In this document: in pieces, positions 14,461-30,375 of the stretch
Position numbering within the stretch: the first letter of the stretch is position 1
Layout of the letters: each line of letters opens with the position of its first letter
Assembly (NCBI RefSeq): GCF_009914755.1
Contig: NC_060933.1
Length of the DNA: 64,000 nucleotides
Source of the DNA: the human T2T-CHM13v2.0 reference genome, Homo sapiens
Reading direction: 5' to 3' (one strand)
Position numbers and translations under genes: made by a program
The notes under the pieces: model-generated
Databases searched by the model: none
Seen by the model: the letters and a program-made list of their open reading frames with translations, nothing else
What the model was told of the DNA's origin: nothing

Positions 14461-17388
14461 GGAATGACCACTCTTCCTGAAGTAAGTATATTATGTCCCT
14501 GCAGTCTGTTGAAGTGGAAATATAAGCTAAGACTCTCAGGAATGGCATACCAGAAATTTAGCTCCAACATTCATTAGTTGTGTTCCCTAGAGCAAGTTAC
14601 TTGACCTCTTTGAGCCTCAGTTTCCAGCTCTGCAAACTGGGCATAATGATGCCTGTCTCAGAGGATGACGGTGAAGGTCAAATAACATATGTAGCTGCAC
14701 AGAAAACACTGATAGATGTTAACTCCCTGGCATGCTGACCAAGAGCAGGCTATGCTGAAGGGGGAGTGATAAGGATAAGAAGTGGTGTAAAGATATTTTG
14801 AGGAAATGGGGACAGGAGAGGAGACCCAGCATGGGATACCAGTCATGGTGAGATACTAGCTTAATTTGACTGCTCTTATCTGGCCCTCAATGCTTTCTGC
14901 TCTGTCTTTAAAATAAAGCAGAAGTATATTCAGAAAGGAGTTGGACAACTAAAAATTGGGGCATGCAAGGATTTACTTCCAGGACCCCCTGCCCCACAGC
15001 ATGCTAATTATTTAGCAGGTGTGCATGATTTAACAACTATGCAGATCACATCAGTCTCTCAGAGTCAGTGATTCCACTCCCACCCAACATTTACAAGGAA
15101 ATATCATCCCAAGTCTATTTCCCTCGGCATATACCGAAGCCTCCCAACACGGGGTCTGTAAAGGAATTATCATACTGTATACAAATCATCCAATTAGACA
15201 ACAGACTTCTCTAAAAAAAAAAATCATATTAAGTTTTCAGGGCAAGTATCAACCCAAAATTCTCACCAATACAGAATTACAAGTCCAAACTAACCTTGAC
15301 TTCCAGCTGCCTAGATTTTCTTTCAATTATGTTTGCGGTTTTCTTTATTCACCAGCGTGAATTAATCAAATGCTTAAGAAAGATTGGAAAACACAGGCAA
15401 CCCAGGACCACTCACCAGAGGCCAATGCATCTGATGCATCTTCATCTTTGCGCATATTGGCTTTAGCAATCATGTTGCCTTTGTCATGCTATGGTGATAC
15501 AAAAGATTGGTAGGGAGATCTATGTGCTTCTTAGAGTTTTGAAAGAGCGGAATTTAGCTTCAGTGATATCAAACTGCACTAAACGAAAATTACTCCCCAT
15601 TGCATCAGTGTGGGATGCATTTAGGCTTTTGGGCAGTTAATGAATATGATCCAAATGAAGAAACAGCTGAGAATGAGGAGGTTGGAAGAGAGAATTTGAC
15701 AGAATTACACCTGCTCTGTAGCAGGGAAAGAGTTGATGTTATAGGCAATTAAACTTCTTTCCCACATTACAGAGAACTCTCAGCTGAAATGACTATAAGT
15801 GACATCCAGTCACCTGTTGTCCCATTACAGGCATGTCAGGTGATGCCCACAGGCCCTCCAGAGACCCTGCCTCTCAGGTGCCTTCTTTCCATTACAGGTG
15901 ACACTTAGTCTCCAGAGCCTGTTGGGCTCAGCATGTTTCCACCAGTGACACATTCATTAATCTCACAGTTGCATACTGTACATCAGAGTCCATCACACGA
16001 AACTCCAAAGCTTGATGCGTATGTTTTCCTGTGTCAAAGAAAAGCGGCATCAGGATGAATAGATTTCACCGTTGAATAGCCTCCTCTCAGAAAAGTGCCC
16101 TGTATTTTCACTCGGACATTTTCTTTTATGTAGATGAATCCAAACCACTATGCTCTCAATGAGACCTTCAAACTATCTTTTGAAAACACAGATCAATTTT
16201 TCTTCGCACAGATGCTGGGAATTAGAAGACAGAGAATCTACGCCCACCTCTGCCACTTACTGGCTGTGTGTCTCTGGGCAAGGCTGGACTTAACCTCTCT
16301 GGCCTTGTTCTTTTCATTTGTGACATAAATATAATAACATGAACCCTCCTCAAGGTTAATCAAATGAGATCAAGTAGGTGACAACAGTTATGAAGGGCAA
16401 CACTGTGCTCCGAGTGACCACACCGAGCAGAGCAGCAATAGCTTTACTGTTCCATAAGGCTCAATCTTTTTGAAATAATTGAGAGAGGAAGTGAAAAGAC
16501 AAAGAGAAAGTAGCCCCCCCCCAGCCAGATTCTACCTACTGGTCTCATTAGCAGAGTTGTAACTGGTGTGGCACAGTTTCTGTTACGCTTGTCTCAACTC
16601 AGCAGGCAGGCCACTTCAGGTTATTTGCTCAGATCCACAATGTATACCATCAGGACACCATTCTCCCTCATACTGCACAAATTCTCTAACGTGTCGGGGT
16701 GTAGACTTCAGGGTCAAGAGACCTCAAATCTATGTCTGACTCTGTCACAATGTACTGTGGGACTAGTTAACCTCTCTGAGTCTTGAAATTTGGGAAGAGT
16801 TCACCCAGAAGTCAATTTAAAAAGATGTATAAAGAAGCTTAAGAATATTAATATCTTTTTCCCTAATCATTGCATACTGGAAAGCCAGTTTAAAGACATA
16901 ATTCTAAACAGGAGAAAATGTTTTTATGTGCAAAGATGTTTGTCGTAGTAATTAACAATAGCAAAAAGGAGGGACAATGAAAAGGTTTAACCTCAGTAGG
17001 TCTTCTTTATTAAACTGTGCTCCATTATTTAAGATGTTGATTTTGAATACTATGTAATAACTTAGGAAAATAATAAATAATGTTAAGTAAAATAAAAATT
17101 GGGGTTGCAAGATATACAAATATCTTAAGTCCTGTGCACAAGGAAGAAAGACTGAGAAAACTACTTGCCAAACTATCACCAAAGGTCATGCTTCAATGAA
17201 AGTGGGTGATTTTATTTTTAGTTTTAATTTTTTCTTTTTATGGGTAATTTTTCAGCTTTCCTCTATTTGCCAAATATACCTTATTGCTTGTTTATTATTT
17301 TACAAAGAAACTGAGCCTGAAATATAATATGAGGAAACTGAAATAGATGTCTAAAGTCATCTGTTTCAATGCTAAAAATCTGTGATTA

Positions 17389-17727
17389 GGCTGGGCACAG
17401 TGGCTCACGCCTCTAATTTCAACATTTTGAGAGGCCTAGGCAGAAGGATCACTTGAGATCCTTTATGACAAAGAACATGACAAGAGTTCGAGACGAGCCT
17501 GGGCAACATAATGAGACCTTGTCTCTACAAAATAAAAAACAAAACGTTAGCCAAGGCTTGGTGGCACATGCCTGTAGTCGTAGCTACTTGGGAGGCTGAG
17601 GTGGGAGCATCGCTTGAGCCTACAAGTTCAAGGGTTCAGTGAGCCATGATCTTGCCACTGCACTCCAGCCTGCGTAACAGAAGGAGACCCTGGTTCTAAA
17701 AACAAAACAAACAACAATAACAAAAAA
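17389..17727 (+). mobile_element. AluJ with about 20-bp internal insertion
   Basis: Dimeric Alu with cgcttgagcc in the right arm. Confidence 0.9.
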
Positions 17728-19189
17728 CCCCTATGATTCTATAGTAGTTTCCAATGTAAAGGTCTGTGATTCTATAATTGTTAAAACAACTCACAGTTAC
17801 ACAACGAGAAATCGTAAATAAAAGATGATGGCCACAGAATGCTGTACTTAAACACAAGGAACCCTGATGGCTGTTTTCCACAGCCCTCCCTGAAGTGATG
17901 GGTCAGAGTGTACCCAGGGTGACATGGTGATCAGGGTGGCTGAATATAAATCCTGCTGAAAGCAGAAGTCCAACAAAGGGGCCAATTGTAACAAGTGTGG
18001 CTCAGTGTTTATGAGATTCATCAGAGCCATCTACGTAAATGCCAGCCTATGAAACCCTTTGTGTATGAATTGATTTGTACAGAGATGTTGCGCTTGGTCA
18101 GGAGGCTATTTTGGCATGAAAGAATTCCACAGAAGTGAGAAATGCATTTGTTCCCCATAAGGCTCAAAGTGATCTAATGGCTTAGAGGGATAATGAATTT
18201 TTCAAAACATTTTAAAAGCCAGCTCTGGGATGGCATTTTGATCTGCATCCACCACAGTGAGTTTATGTCTGGGTTTTCTGGAGACTGGAGCCAAGAGTAA
18301 TGACACTTCAGGCCACGGTCCAGGGGTATCAGCCAAGTGGCAAGCACATGATCAGTCACAGGGCCACGAAAATTGCTTTGCTTCATGGATGGCTTTATTT
18401 TAGGGTCTTGCAAAGCAGATTCATAATTAAACAATAGAAGAAAGATTCACCTAGGGAATAAAATGTCTCCCTCTTGTTTATCTTTTTCTGTGACCTATAT
18501 ACATTTCTTAAGACCATGCTTGCAATTTGCCCACCATCTAAAGAGAAAAAACGAGTTCTCTCAATGATCTTGGTAAACACTCAAAAGATAAAACAAAACC
18601 TGAATCAAAGTTGTAAATTAATCCACAAGAATCGGCTAAAAGACTGCCCACCCTTCCTTGCAAGAATCCAGTCCTCCAAAAGGAAGCAGCTCCAGAAGTC
18701 TCTTTATACTGTAGCCAATGAAGGATGAGAGAATCATACCCCATAGTTTGACCAGGAGGTGTCGCATGAAAAACAAACCAGCTTGCTAAGGGCCAAGGGA
18801 CATATTTAACTGTAAAGAATCAAGAATGGGGGACAGAACGGGATTTGCCCCTTCTTGCCTCCTTGGAGAGAGGACCAGGGACACTGCCTTCTCAGGGAGC
18901 AGCCAGGCACGTGTCCTGTCCTCTCAGACATACCCGTGGCAGGGAGCAGCTGATCTGTCCACATGCTGTGACATTTCTATCTTCTCAGAGCCAGGTGCCG
19001 GTCTGGCCAGCACCACTGACCACTTGTTACAGAAAATGTGTCTGAGGAATGTAAAGAGGATCAAAATGCTTCTGCCTCCAGGATGATCTTCTGCCTCTGC
19101 TGTTGCTGGAGAGGAGGAAGCCAACATGCACTTTTCTCTTTTTGCACCCTTTCATTAATTTTCTGCAGCAAAAAAAAAAAAAAAGGACC

Positions 19190-19497
<308 letters not shown>

Positions 19498-20107
19498 TTA
19501 ATGAATGGGCTTCCTTAAGAGGGAGAAAAAAAAAGCCACTCATCCTAAAAGTCCTGTTTTTTCAACTGAGGGGAAGAAATAATTTCCATGGGTGGAAACT
19601 CTTCCATAAGAACCTTTCAAAGAATTGCAAGGCCATCAGCAGTCTTCTGGTCCCTCACGGGCTTTTCTCAGGGACCTTATTTTATACCTCTGTGGTCATT
19701 GCTGTGCCTCCTCTGGAGTCAAGAACCAGATTTAGTTCTCCACTGAGAATGGGAGTGGGGCGCCAGGCTGCTCACATCTTGTACGTGCTGAGGCCTATTT
19801 ATGCCTCCCCACATCAGACTCACATTTTTGCACCATCACCTTCCATCCTGACTCATGATCACTTGTTATAAACCATGACGTTTCACATATCTGGCTACAC
19901 TCAAGAACAAGGTCTCCTATGCAAGAGGCTTTGTCAGACAACCGAAGCCTACCCTGCAAGCCACAACTTCTTTTCTATTTTTTTCTATGTTAATTATCTG
20001 AGTGGGAAATTTTTCTGAAATCGCTTATGCACCACACCTTTCTTCTTAAACAGGACACTAAATTTAAATGATCTTTTCCCCCTGATTCTTTAGGGTCATT
20101 ACTATGA

Positions 20108-20526
<419 letters not shown>

Positions 20527-21786
20527 TCAGGTCTGCTTCTTATAGGTCCTGTTTGATTTTGGTTTTGTTTGTGTAGTTTCCCCATCGTAAGTCATCATCT
20601 ATTACAGCCTCTGGCAGCCACCTCCCTTTCCATCATCCCCTTCTGAGAAAACAAGGTTGGTGAACACTGTGTCAAAGTGCACATTAAATAATAACCTCAA
20701 TGATGGTAGCTAGCATTCATGTGTTTTGCTATGCTCCCAGCATTTCTGTGAATGATTTACAAGTATCATCTCGCAAATAGCCTCAGAGATTGCACTTAGG
20801 GAATTTTCCTGTGAGAAAAGAACTAACTGATGATAGGTTTTCAATAATCAACTTTAGTTGCCTTTGCCCAATTCCTAGTTTTGGGGTAACTTTGGGTTGG
20901 CTGATGTGCCAGGGAAGTGACCGTGGACATAAGAACTGTTGCACTTACAACGCATCCTGTCCTGAATTGTGGAAGGATGTTCATACTTGCTTCCTTCTTG
21001 AATCCTTTCATCGCTTTCTTTTCTCCTATTTCCCCTCCAATTCTGCCTCCACCTTCCTTCTTTCCTTTCTTCCCCTTTCCTTCACTTCTGTGTGTATCGT
21101 GAGCATAATCAACAGTTTTCTGGGGCGCTGCTAAACCAGCAGACTGGAGAGCCAAAGTGGACTTGACACAACCGAGAGCTGTGTTCTAACCCTGGATCTT
21201 CTCCTGCCTAGACCCCCTGACATCGGTCAATCCATCAAAGTGGTATTTAAGGCCACCAATAAGAGAGTGGCAACAGTGAAGAAACTACAAAACCAAATAA
21301 CCTTGGTGGCAAATAAGAGGCATTTAAACTCTTTTAAAAATGCATTCTTGTTCTTAACATTTCACCAAATGATGCCCATAACATTTCTAATTACTCTAAA
21401 AGCTAATCACACACATTCTCCTCCCAATCGTTTATCAGTTAATTTTCTTTCAAATGGGCATGCAGTGAGAACAATCTCACAATGTATTCAACCAAATCTC
21501 AGATGGCCTAACACCATGTTTTTCTCATAGCAGGATTTCAGTAACATTGGTTGATATTCTGTTGTCCAAAAGATTTTAACATAAAACAAGCAACACAGAA
21601 GAATGAACCCCTCTTGGGTCAGCGTGAACAATATATGTGCAATTTCACTAACTTACCACTCAGCCCTCCTATAAACTTGTCAAGCTGTTCACTTTTAATT
21701 TAACAAGAATGAAATGTTCCAGGAGATCTTGGGGGAAGAGGTGCTTATGGTATGAGGAAGAAGGTCCTAGAATTGAAGTCAGGTGA

Positions 21787-22176
<390 letters not shown>

Positions 22177-23959
22177 TAACCTCACTGAGCCTCAGTTTTG
22201 GCAACTGCAAAAGGAGATTAGTACCTACCTTACAAGACCATTGTGGGAGTTAAATCAAATTTTAAAAGTATCTCTTAGAGCTAAGACAGATATTCCACAA
22301 ATTCTAACTGAATTGCAAGACAGCTAAGAATTGTTCCTGTTTCTGTGAAATGTAAATAGGGCTTCCTGGCTCTTGTTTGCTAGTGGCCTTTTCATGTTTT
22401 TATTACTGTGCCTGGAGATCACGTCCTCGTCTCAGGGCATACACACATGCAGCAGCCCTGTGAGGCCAGTGCTACTACTGTTCTCATTTACAGATGATGA
22501 AACTGAGACCCGGGGAGGCTAAGAAACTAAGATTGTGTGACTAGCAAGTAAAAGTGGCGGGGTTAGGATTTGAAATCAGGCACTGGCTCCACATGATTAG
22601 CCGCCCGGCTGTACTGCCTTTAGGGGGCAAGAAGTGGGAAGGAGGACAAAAGTCCTTCTAAGGGTCTCCTAAATCCACAACTCATACTCTAGGAAAATCT
22701 CCCAGGATCTGATTTAGGGCAGGCAGCCTCTGCCAGGGACTGCCTCACAGTTCCCCATTTATGGGCTCAGATATAAGGAAGTGTGACTATTGCTGCTCTC
22801 AGGGAGGTCAGCAATCATCAAGGATGGGAACACAGACAATCTTTGGACTGTGTTGATGTTTCCTTTCAGCTACTTATTCTGAAGTCCCACACTATATTCT
22901 CCATTACTACAAAAAGCTAATTCTCAAATTTGAGTAGATGAACCCTGAATTAGGCCAGACTGGTCACCAATATATACTCAAGATCATATATATTATTATA
23001 AGATGTATTTATTTATTCTTGACAGTAACCAAAAGGATAACCTACTTATAATAAAAGTGCATATACATTAAAGTAAAAAAATTAAAACAACTATAATGAG
23101 ATTAAAACTAAGTAGTAACAATTAAAAAAACAAAACAAAAAAAACCTTAGTTCGGAAATCCTAGGCTAAGAAAATGAAGCACCAACATAGCTTTAAGCTT
23201 CTGGGAAGCCAAAGCAAGAAATATCAAATGCATGGAGCCAAAGATATGCAATTTTCCTAGACATCATCAGTTCAAAAAGACTCTGGCATTACAGGCTAAA
23301 ACAAATAACCTGGGAAGGTCTGGTCACATCCAGGAGAGTTAGATGAAGTGGAAGACCATGATCACGCTCCACCACAAACAGTCCCACTAGTTGGACGAGA
23401 GGTCTGACTCAGGATCATGCATGGGTTTACCCCACACATGAGGTCTGCAGTGCCAGGGCTGGACAGGAAGTCTGGAATGCCTAATCTTTTCTCTCAAGGA
23501 CTCTGAACAGCTTCCCTGCCAATCTCTCTCATGATATTAGCACTGGTCAAGGGGCAGCAAGAGACTAGGCTGGGCTGACTTGGTACAGTGGTTGGCCTTG
23601 GGGGAGCCCAACTTCTAGTCTTTGAGCCACATGGAGGAGAACCTACGGTTCCAATGGTTCCACTGTTGGCTGATCTACCCAATGCAGTTTTGCAGAGGCT
23701 TTTAGTGCCCCATTCCTCTCCTCTGCCTCTCTCCATTCATGCTTTAGTTCAACCAATATTTATAGATCCCAAGCAGTCATGCATAAAAATTAGATTTTTA
23801 TTTTGTCTTAACACTTTGTATTAAGTACTTACTGTGTATGAAGTACAATATGGTGCTCCTTGACTTTAGTGTCCTTCACCTTCTTCTAGCAAACAAATAT
23901 GGCTTCCTGCCTCCTGACAATAGCCTTTCTTCAGATTCAGACCTCCAAAAATCTAAACC

Positions 23960-24620
23960 TGGCCCTCCGTTTATTTATTTTTATTGAGCCACTACAAAGT
24001 GTCATGCTTTGTGCAGGACTCTTGCCTTTAGGGTTTATTAATTCTAAAACCACTCTTTGAGCATCAGGTACTGCACCAGAACCGGGAGATACAATGGTGA
24101 GCAAAATGATACAGACCCTGGTCCCTACTCTCACCAAACTGGCATTAATCGAACAAACATGCCCAATAGAGATATAATGACAAGCGGAAATAAGTGATCT
24201 AAAGAATTACCAAAATACCTGACTTAGACTCAAGAAGCAGGTGAGGGGGCTCACTTAGAAGAGTCTTTTCTTTGTCTAACCTAAGAGGCAGGAATTATTT
24301 AAGCCAAGGAGAGCTGGAGGAAAAGCCAGAAAGAAGCTGGATAGCAGATCAGGTCATACGAAAAGTGTGTCCATTCTCCTAAGAACAATGGAAAGTGATG
24401 AGGAGGTTTTAAGGGAGGGGTAGGAAAGGTGTGAAAGATGCTCTCAAAATGATCTCCCTGGAAGCAGGGTGAAAGCAGTTTGCCAGCCATTGTGGTCATC
24501 TGGGTGACTTAAGGATAGGGTGGGTTAGGGAAGAGATGAAGGAAAAGGAAGTTTTCAGCTGGAGAAACTGGATGAATCACAATGCCATTCACTAAGACAA
24601 GGAAGTACAGAAGAGGACGG
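23960..24620. mobile_element. L2 relic
   Basis: ggagatacaatggtgagcaaa…ggtccctactctc…aacaatggaaagtgatgaggaggttttaag…tgccattcactaagacaagga. Confidence 0.55.
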
Positions 24621-27600
24621 GCTTGGAGGCAAGTGGAAAGACCCACCATTGTTCCAGGTTCTGTGCTAAGGGCTATGAATACATCATTTTGGCTTTGCAA
24701 CAAACATGCAAAGTAGGCATCACTTATTCCATTTTTCAGATTAAGAAACCAAAGCTGTGTTTATCAGCTTGATTATTCTAACCCAAACTTTGTGGGTCTG
24801 ATTTTCCAGGGTGATCTAGAGCCCACCAGTCTCATAAGAGCTCTGAAGAAGAAAGACTTCCTTTCCCTGGAAACCAAAGTCCAAAGCCACAGGGCTCAGA
24901 AAGAAATGGATTTGGGACAATGCTAGAGATTTTGAGTACGCTAATTTGAGACCCCTAACAGGGTAGCCACGAATGACTGTGCAGGTTGTGTACTATACAA
25001 ACTCAGAGGGCACTGTTCATATCACCGTCCATAGGAATGCTGCCTCCTGAATACATCAGCCCTCCCCAGTTTCCTTTCAAGAAGACTTCAAACTCCAGGA
25101 CTCTCCCATAATCCCCAAGGTTCAAGAAAAATCAGTAACTAACGTTGCATCCCCTCTCTCTGGTCCCCTGATATTGTTTCCTCTTTTGCAGCCTTTATCC
25201 AGATCCAAGTATTCTTCCCTCATTCTTCTCACTGCTCAGGTAACATTCACGGAGGGGTAGGTTCCCTCTACCCCCTCCCTGGAGGAATAATGCCTCCATC
25301 ACCAAGCCATTGCTTACAGGAGCTCCCCAGACCAGTTTACCAAACTCAAAATTATGTTAATATCTGCCCAAATAAATGTTACACAGAAACAAACTGGTTA
25401 TACCAAAGCCATCAGCTGTTTACTTAGTTGACAAAATAGTCCCCATATCACTGCCTAAAGGGTGACCTTGCTCACCTGATCCCATGTCCTCCAAGACCCA
25501 AGGTGCTGTCTGAATCACAGGGAGCACCTCTCTTCCTTTGCGACAGACTGATCCACTTGAAGATCTGTTTACACTAAAAAAGTATGGCTCTTCTCCAAAG
25601 GTCCCAGGACTGGGACAATCCGCAGCTGTTCATCTGAATGATCTGGCAGTGAGAAATGAAGCTAACTCCAGGACCAAAAAAATCAAGGGTTCATTCCTCA
25701 TCAGCCCCTAAGCAAGGGGTATCACATTCACGGGAAGTGCTTTGGATTCCTGAGTTTCCTGCTCATAAATGCTCTGGCAAGAGGCATGGTCTCAAGAGCA
25801 CCTGCCCTGGTTTGCAATGGGGCAGGAGCTGATCCCATGGTCTCTGATCAGAATAAGCTCAGCTCCTGAAATGAAACAGCTCTGCCAGCTTCTTCATCAT
25901 TACTAGTCCTTACCACAGCAGCCCTTTAAAAGGTATGAAGCATTCACTTTAAATATCCTTTTTATTGATACGCGGAACTTTCTTCCCATGCAAGAGGAAA
26001 TCAGGAAGAATATATGCCTTCAATTTCCAATCAAGTTGATTATTCTGCAGACATGCTGCCGTCTTTCTTTCTTTTTAAAACCCCATCTCCTGTAATCACT
26101 CTAATGCAGTTGTTCATTTAGAGTTTTGAATGTACTTTCTTGTCCCTATGGCACATATCACAGAGTATGAGCTGACATTCAAGTCACCTAGAATTTTTCT
26201 TCTGTAGAAGTCCACATATCAACTAATACCTACTGCAGAAATGAGCCCTTCTTCCACAGCTGTCACTGCTGAAGTAGCAGATGCATCCCCTGGACTGCAG
26301 TAGTGACTGTCCACCTTCTTGTTGAAAACAGCATTCCTGGGACACTGATGTGCCCTGTATCTTGCTGGTGACAGCTGACAACATCCCCACCCCCGCCACC
26401 CAAGGCTGGCTCCTGACCTACATCATAGGGCATGAGGGCTGCGGTGATCTCCACCCATTAACAGCTGCTTGAGTTGCATCACCTGGCGGGGTCTGGGCAG
26501 TGAGGGAGGCTCAGCAGCAGAGGCCCAGTGTGGGGAGCGTGGCTTCCTGCCAGCCAGAGCCCCAGAACTCTCTACCCATCCCCAGATGATTCCTCATGTA
26601 CTTCATTTTTTCCCCCCAAACTTCATGGGAACATGGACCATTTACTGCCATGAGACTGTCCTTGTCCTGAATACTTTCCTGAGCTGACCACTATGAAGTT
26701 GAGGGTCATTTCCCAAATCACAGCATAGAGCAGGGAGCCCTCATTCCCTACACTCCTTCAACTTCTCTTACCATAGAAATGATGTAACTAAGAACAGAAA
26801 GCATGGCTAAAACTTAAGGACTGATCTGGAATATAGGATTTGATTTCTGCAACTCTGAATGGGCAGGAGAAAAAAGAAAATACGTTTGCACTCTCTCTAG
26901 TTTTGGTAGTAAGTATCCAGACCAAAAATATGGCTGGGTTCTCACATCAAGGAAGTGATTTCAACTAGGAAGCGCCACTCTTTGATTACGATCTCAAGCT
27001 TGCGGGGCTTGCTCTCAGATTGCTTATCCTACTGTTATTATTGCTTTAACAATCCTCGTGTCAATTCCATATGTGTCATTCCTTGTTTGTCTAGAAGGGA
27101 GCATTTCTGGAGACTGCTTGGAAGAAGTAACTACCTCCCTAGCCGTGCCCCACCTCCAACCAAGTTTTTCACAAATATGCTCCAGTCCCCAGCCTGTCCT
27201 AACCAGGCAGAAGTCAGGCCCACATGAGAAGCATTTGAGCCCCAGGAGGAGGGATGCCTCTGAGGCCACACCTGGAGTTTACTTTTGCCATTTCTGATAA
27301 ATACTGAGTATTCTCAGGAGGGAGGGAAAGGTATTAGAAAGGGAGATTTAGGGAAAAGGAGGATGGGATTATGTCAGTGAATCTGCCTCAATTTAAAGAG
27401 TAGTAGGGCCAGACTGGGATTAAAAATAGAATTGAGAGTGATCTCCTAACTTATTGGAAATCAGCTCCAAACTACCTGATAAAAATTCAAAATATCCTTT
27501 TCTTTCAAAGACTTCTGTTCAACCTAGGGGCCTGGCCTAGAATAGCAGAGTTTCCTCTCTCCTTACAATGACAGATGAATAATAAATGTTCCCAGTCAGA

Positions 27601-28009
27601 AAAAAAGACACACAATTTTTCCAACATTTTGATTATTGGAGATTATATCTATGGCTAATAGCAATTCCATTTTGCAATTTAAAGTTCTTTTTGCCTATTG
27701 GAATTAGCTAGCCCCAATGATGATGAGGTTATGTTAGGACTTTGGAAGAGTCATTAACTATTTCAAACCATTAAAAAATATATATAATGCCCACAGAATA
27801 ACAAAGCAATTAAGCCAAATAGGAAAAAAAAAAACCAAACTAGTAATTAGGCTTTTTTGTTTGTTTGTTTAGGTATCATATAGCTAAACTTCTAAAGAAA
27901 AACATTTAAAACATAGCTCCTACATTCTAATTCTGGTCTAATAAGGCTTAAGTAAAAATCAGCATGGTAAATTTCTTCACCTTAAAATGTTTTCCAAAGG
28001 ATTGGCTGA

Positions 28010-28354
<345 letters not shown>

Positions 28355-30330
28355 TAAATAAATTTCCCACAAGTGAATGACATTGACTTAATTCTTTTTC
28401 TCCAAGAAAAAGGTTATCTACCCTCTAAAGGAGAATGTTATCTACTACTATATTTGAGTGTCATACATTAAGTAAAAATCTTATTACCTAGAAAATGTAA
28501 CTTCTCAGGAAAATATGACACTAAAAGTGACCAACACACCTTTGCTGTGGCTGGATGTGAAAGGTTAATCATGATTTCTAGAAGAAGCTTATTCCAAGAA
28601 ACGATAAAATTAGCAGTAATTGTTCTGGCTAAGACATGAAACTGGTAACAATATTTCAAACAACCGCTTCTCTTTCCTGTCCTTTTTTTTTTAATGATGT
28701 AGAGCAATTGCTCGTCTAATGAAGGGTAAATAAATTACAGATTACTTTCAACTCATTACTCGGAAATAGGGAAATTTCCATTCCAGCAACTGCTCCTCAG
28801 AATTGAGACAAACCTCTTGCTCATATCAGACCCCACAGTCTAAATGTTTATTGTGAAAATATTGATAAATAAATGTTATGGGAGTGAAAAACAGATACAG
28901 CCCAGAACTCTGTGTTTGTCATTGATTACCATTTTCATACACACACACGCACAGTTGCCAAAATTGTCTTTCATTTTTGAACATTTCTCCTTCATTACTA
29001 GGTAAAGAACAGAACATGTACTTATACTATCAGAAATGCCAAATACTTACTTGAGTTTCTGAAATTAGTATTTTCATCCATGTGCTCTAGTAAAACTATA
29101 AAAGGGTCAATAAACACAGAGATGATCACAAACTTCCTCAACTCGGAAATCTCCACAAACGTTCAACTCTCTGGGAGGTTTCAGGTAGAAAGTTTTATAT
29201 AAGCACTTATCAACTTTAATGGTCTTTTACAAGATACTTACAGTTAGACCATTGTAAGGATCACACTTCCGTCTGCACTCTGAATGGTGGTTCAGGCATC
29301 TTTGGGCCCTCCCTTCCTGCACTCCCTTTGTTGTGCGAGGGTAAATGAGTTACAGTAATAACCCTGCAAATATCCTGCCTTGTGATTAAAACATTACCTT
29401 AATGCAGACTTTACATTTTGGCTTCTATGAAGGCTTAAAGGTTAAAGGCATCATAAATTATGCATTTCTTTCTATGCCAGGCCTGTAAAAGGTGCTTTTA
29501 CAGTTCTTTAAAGATATTGCTTCTAAATGAGTACAGGCTTTTCTTTTTTTTTCTGCCAAAACAGAAACATTTCCATTATGTTTATTACTGCTGTGCTGGA
29601 GAGCCAAAACAGTTTGGAATTAAGAAACTGCTAGAGTCTGTTGTTTCAGAATGTGTAGCAACTGTTAACATACACAGTGGAGTTGCCCATTCACTGTTTG
29701 GACAGTGATATGGTAAACATGGGCTAACACACAGGTCTGCTCCCGGGAGAACGATGATCTGGTAAACTCCAGAACACCAACAGTTAGAGCTTTCCCCTTC
29801 TGCCTCCGCCCCAATTTACAGATGTGAACAGGAATTAGCGAGACACAAGACACACTAGAATATCCCTAACTCCTGCAGTGGAGCAAGCTCTATTCTGTGG
29901 ATTCTCCAGTACCACACATGTCCTTGCTACCCAGCACCCTGACTTCCTCACTTTTGTCACCTCCAGCTGAAGTACAGTTCTAAGGGTCTCTTTTTTTCCT
30001 TTTACACTTACACGTAATGCATCTGCAGAAGGCTGGGCTCTTTATCTCAAGGAAGACCACACCCATTTATCCCTTAGCTTTCAGGAGCAAACTGCTGATT
30101 TAGGGACCGAAGCTGGACTGAAGCGACCCAACTTCAGCCAGGCCACAACCTCCTTCAGCTCTGCACCTCGTCTGGTTGCGGTGGAGGATTCTGGAGACAG
30201 ATTGCCAGCTTTAAGAGCCAGAGTTCCTGAGATTTCTTCCAGGAGACAACCCGCACACCCTGATAACTCCGTGGCAAAGTTGTTTCTTCCTCCTCTGCTG
30301 CAACACCTTTTCCTCTCCACCTTTCCATTA

Positions 30331-30355
30331 GCATACGCGCGCGCGCACACACACA
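30331..30355. repeat. Alternating purine-pyrimidine (CG)n(CA)n tract
   Basis: gcatacgcgcgcgcgcacacacaca, 25 bp of uninterrupted RY alternation. Confidence 0.85.
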
Positions 30356-30375
30356 GCTTTGCTCACTCAACTTAC

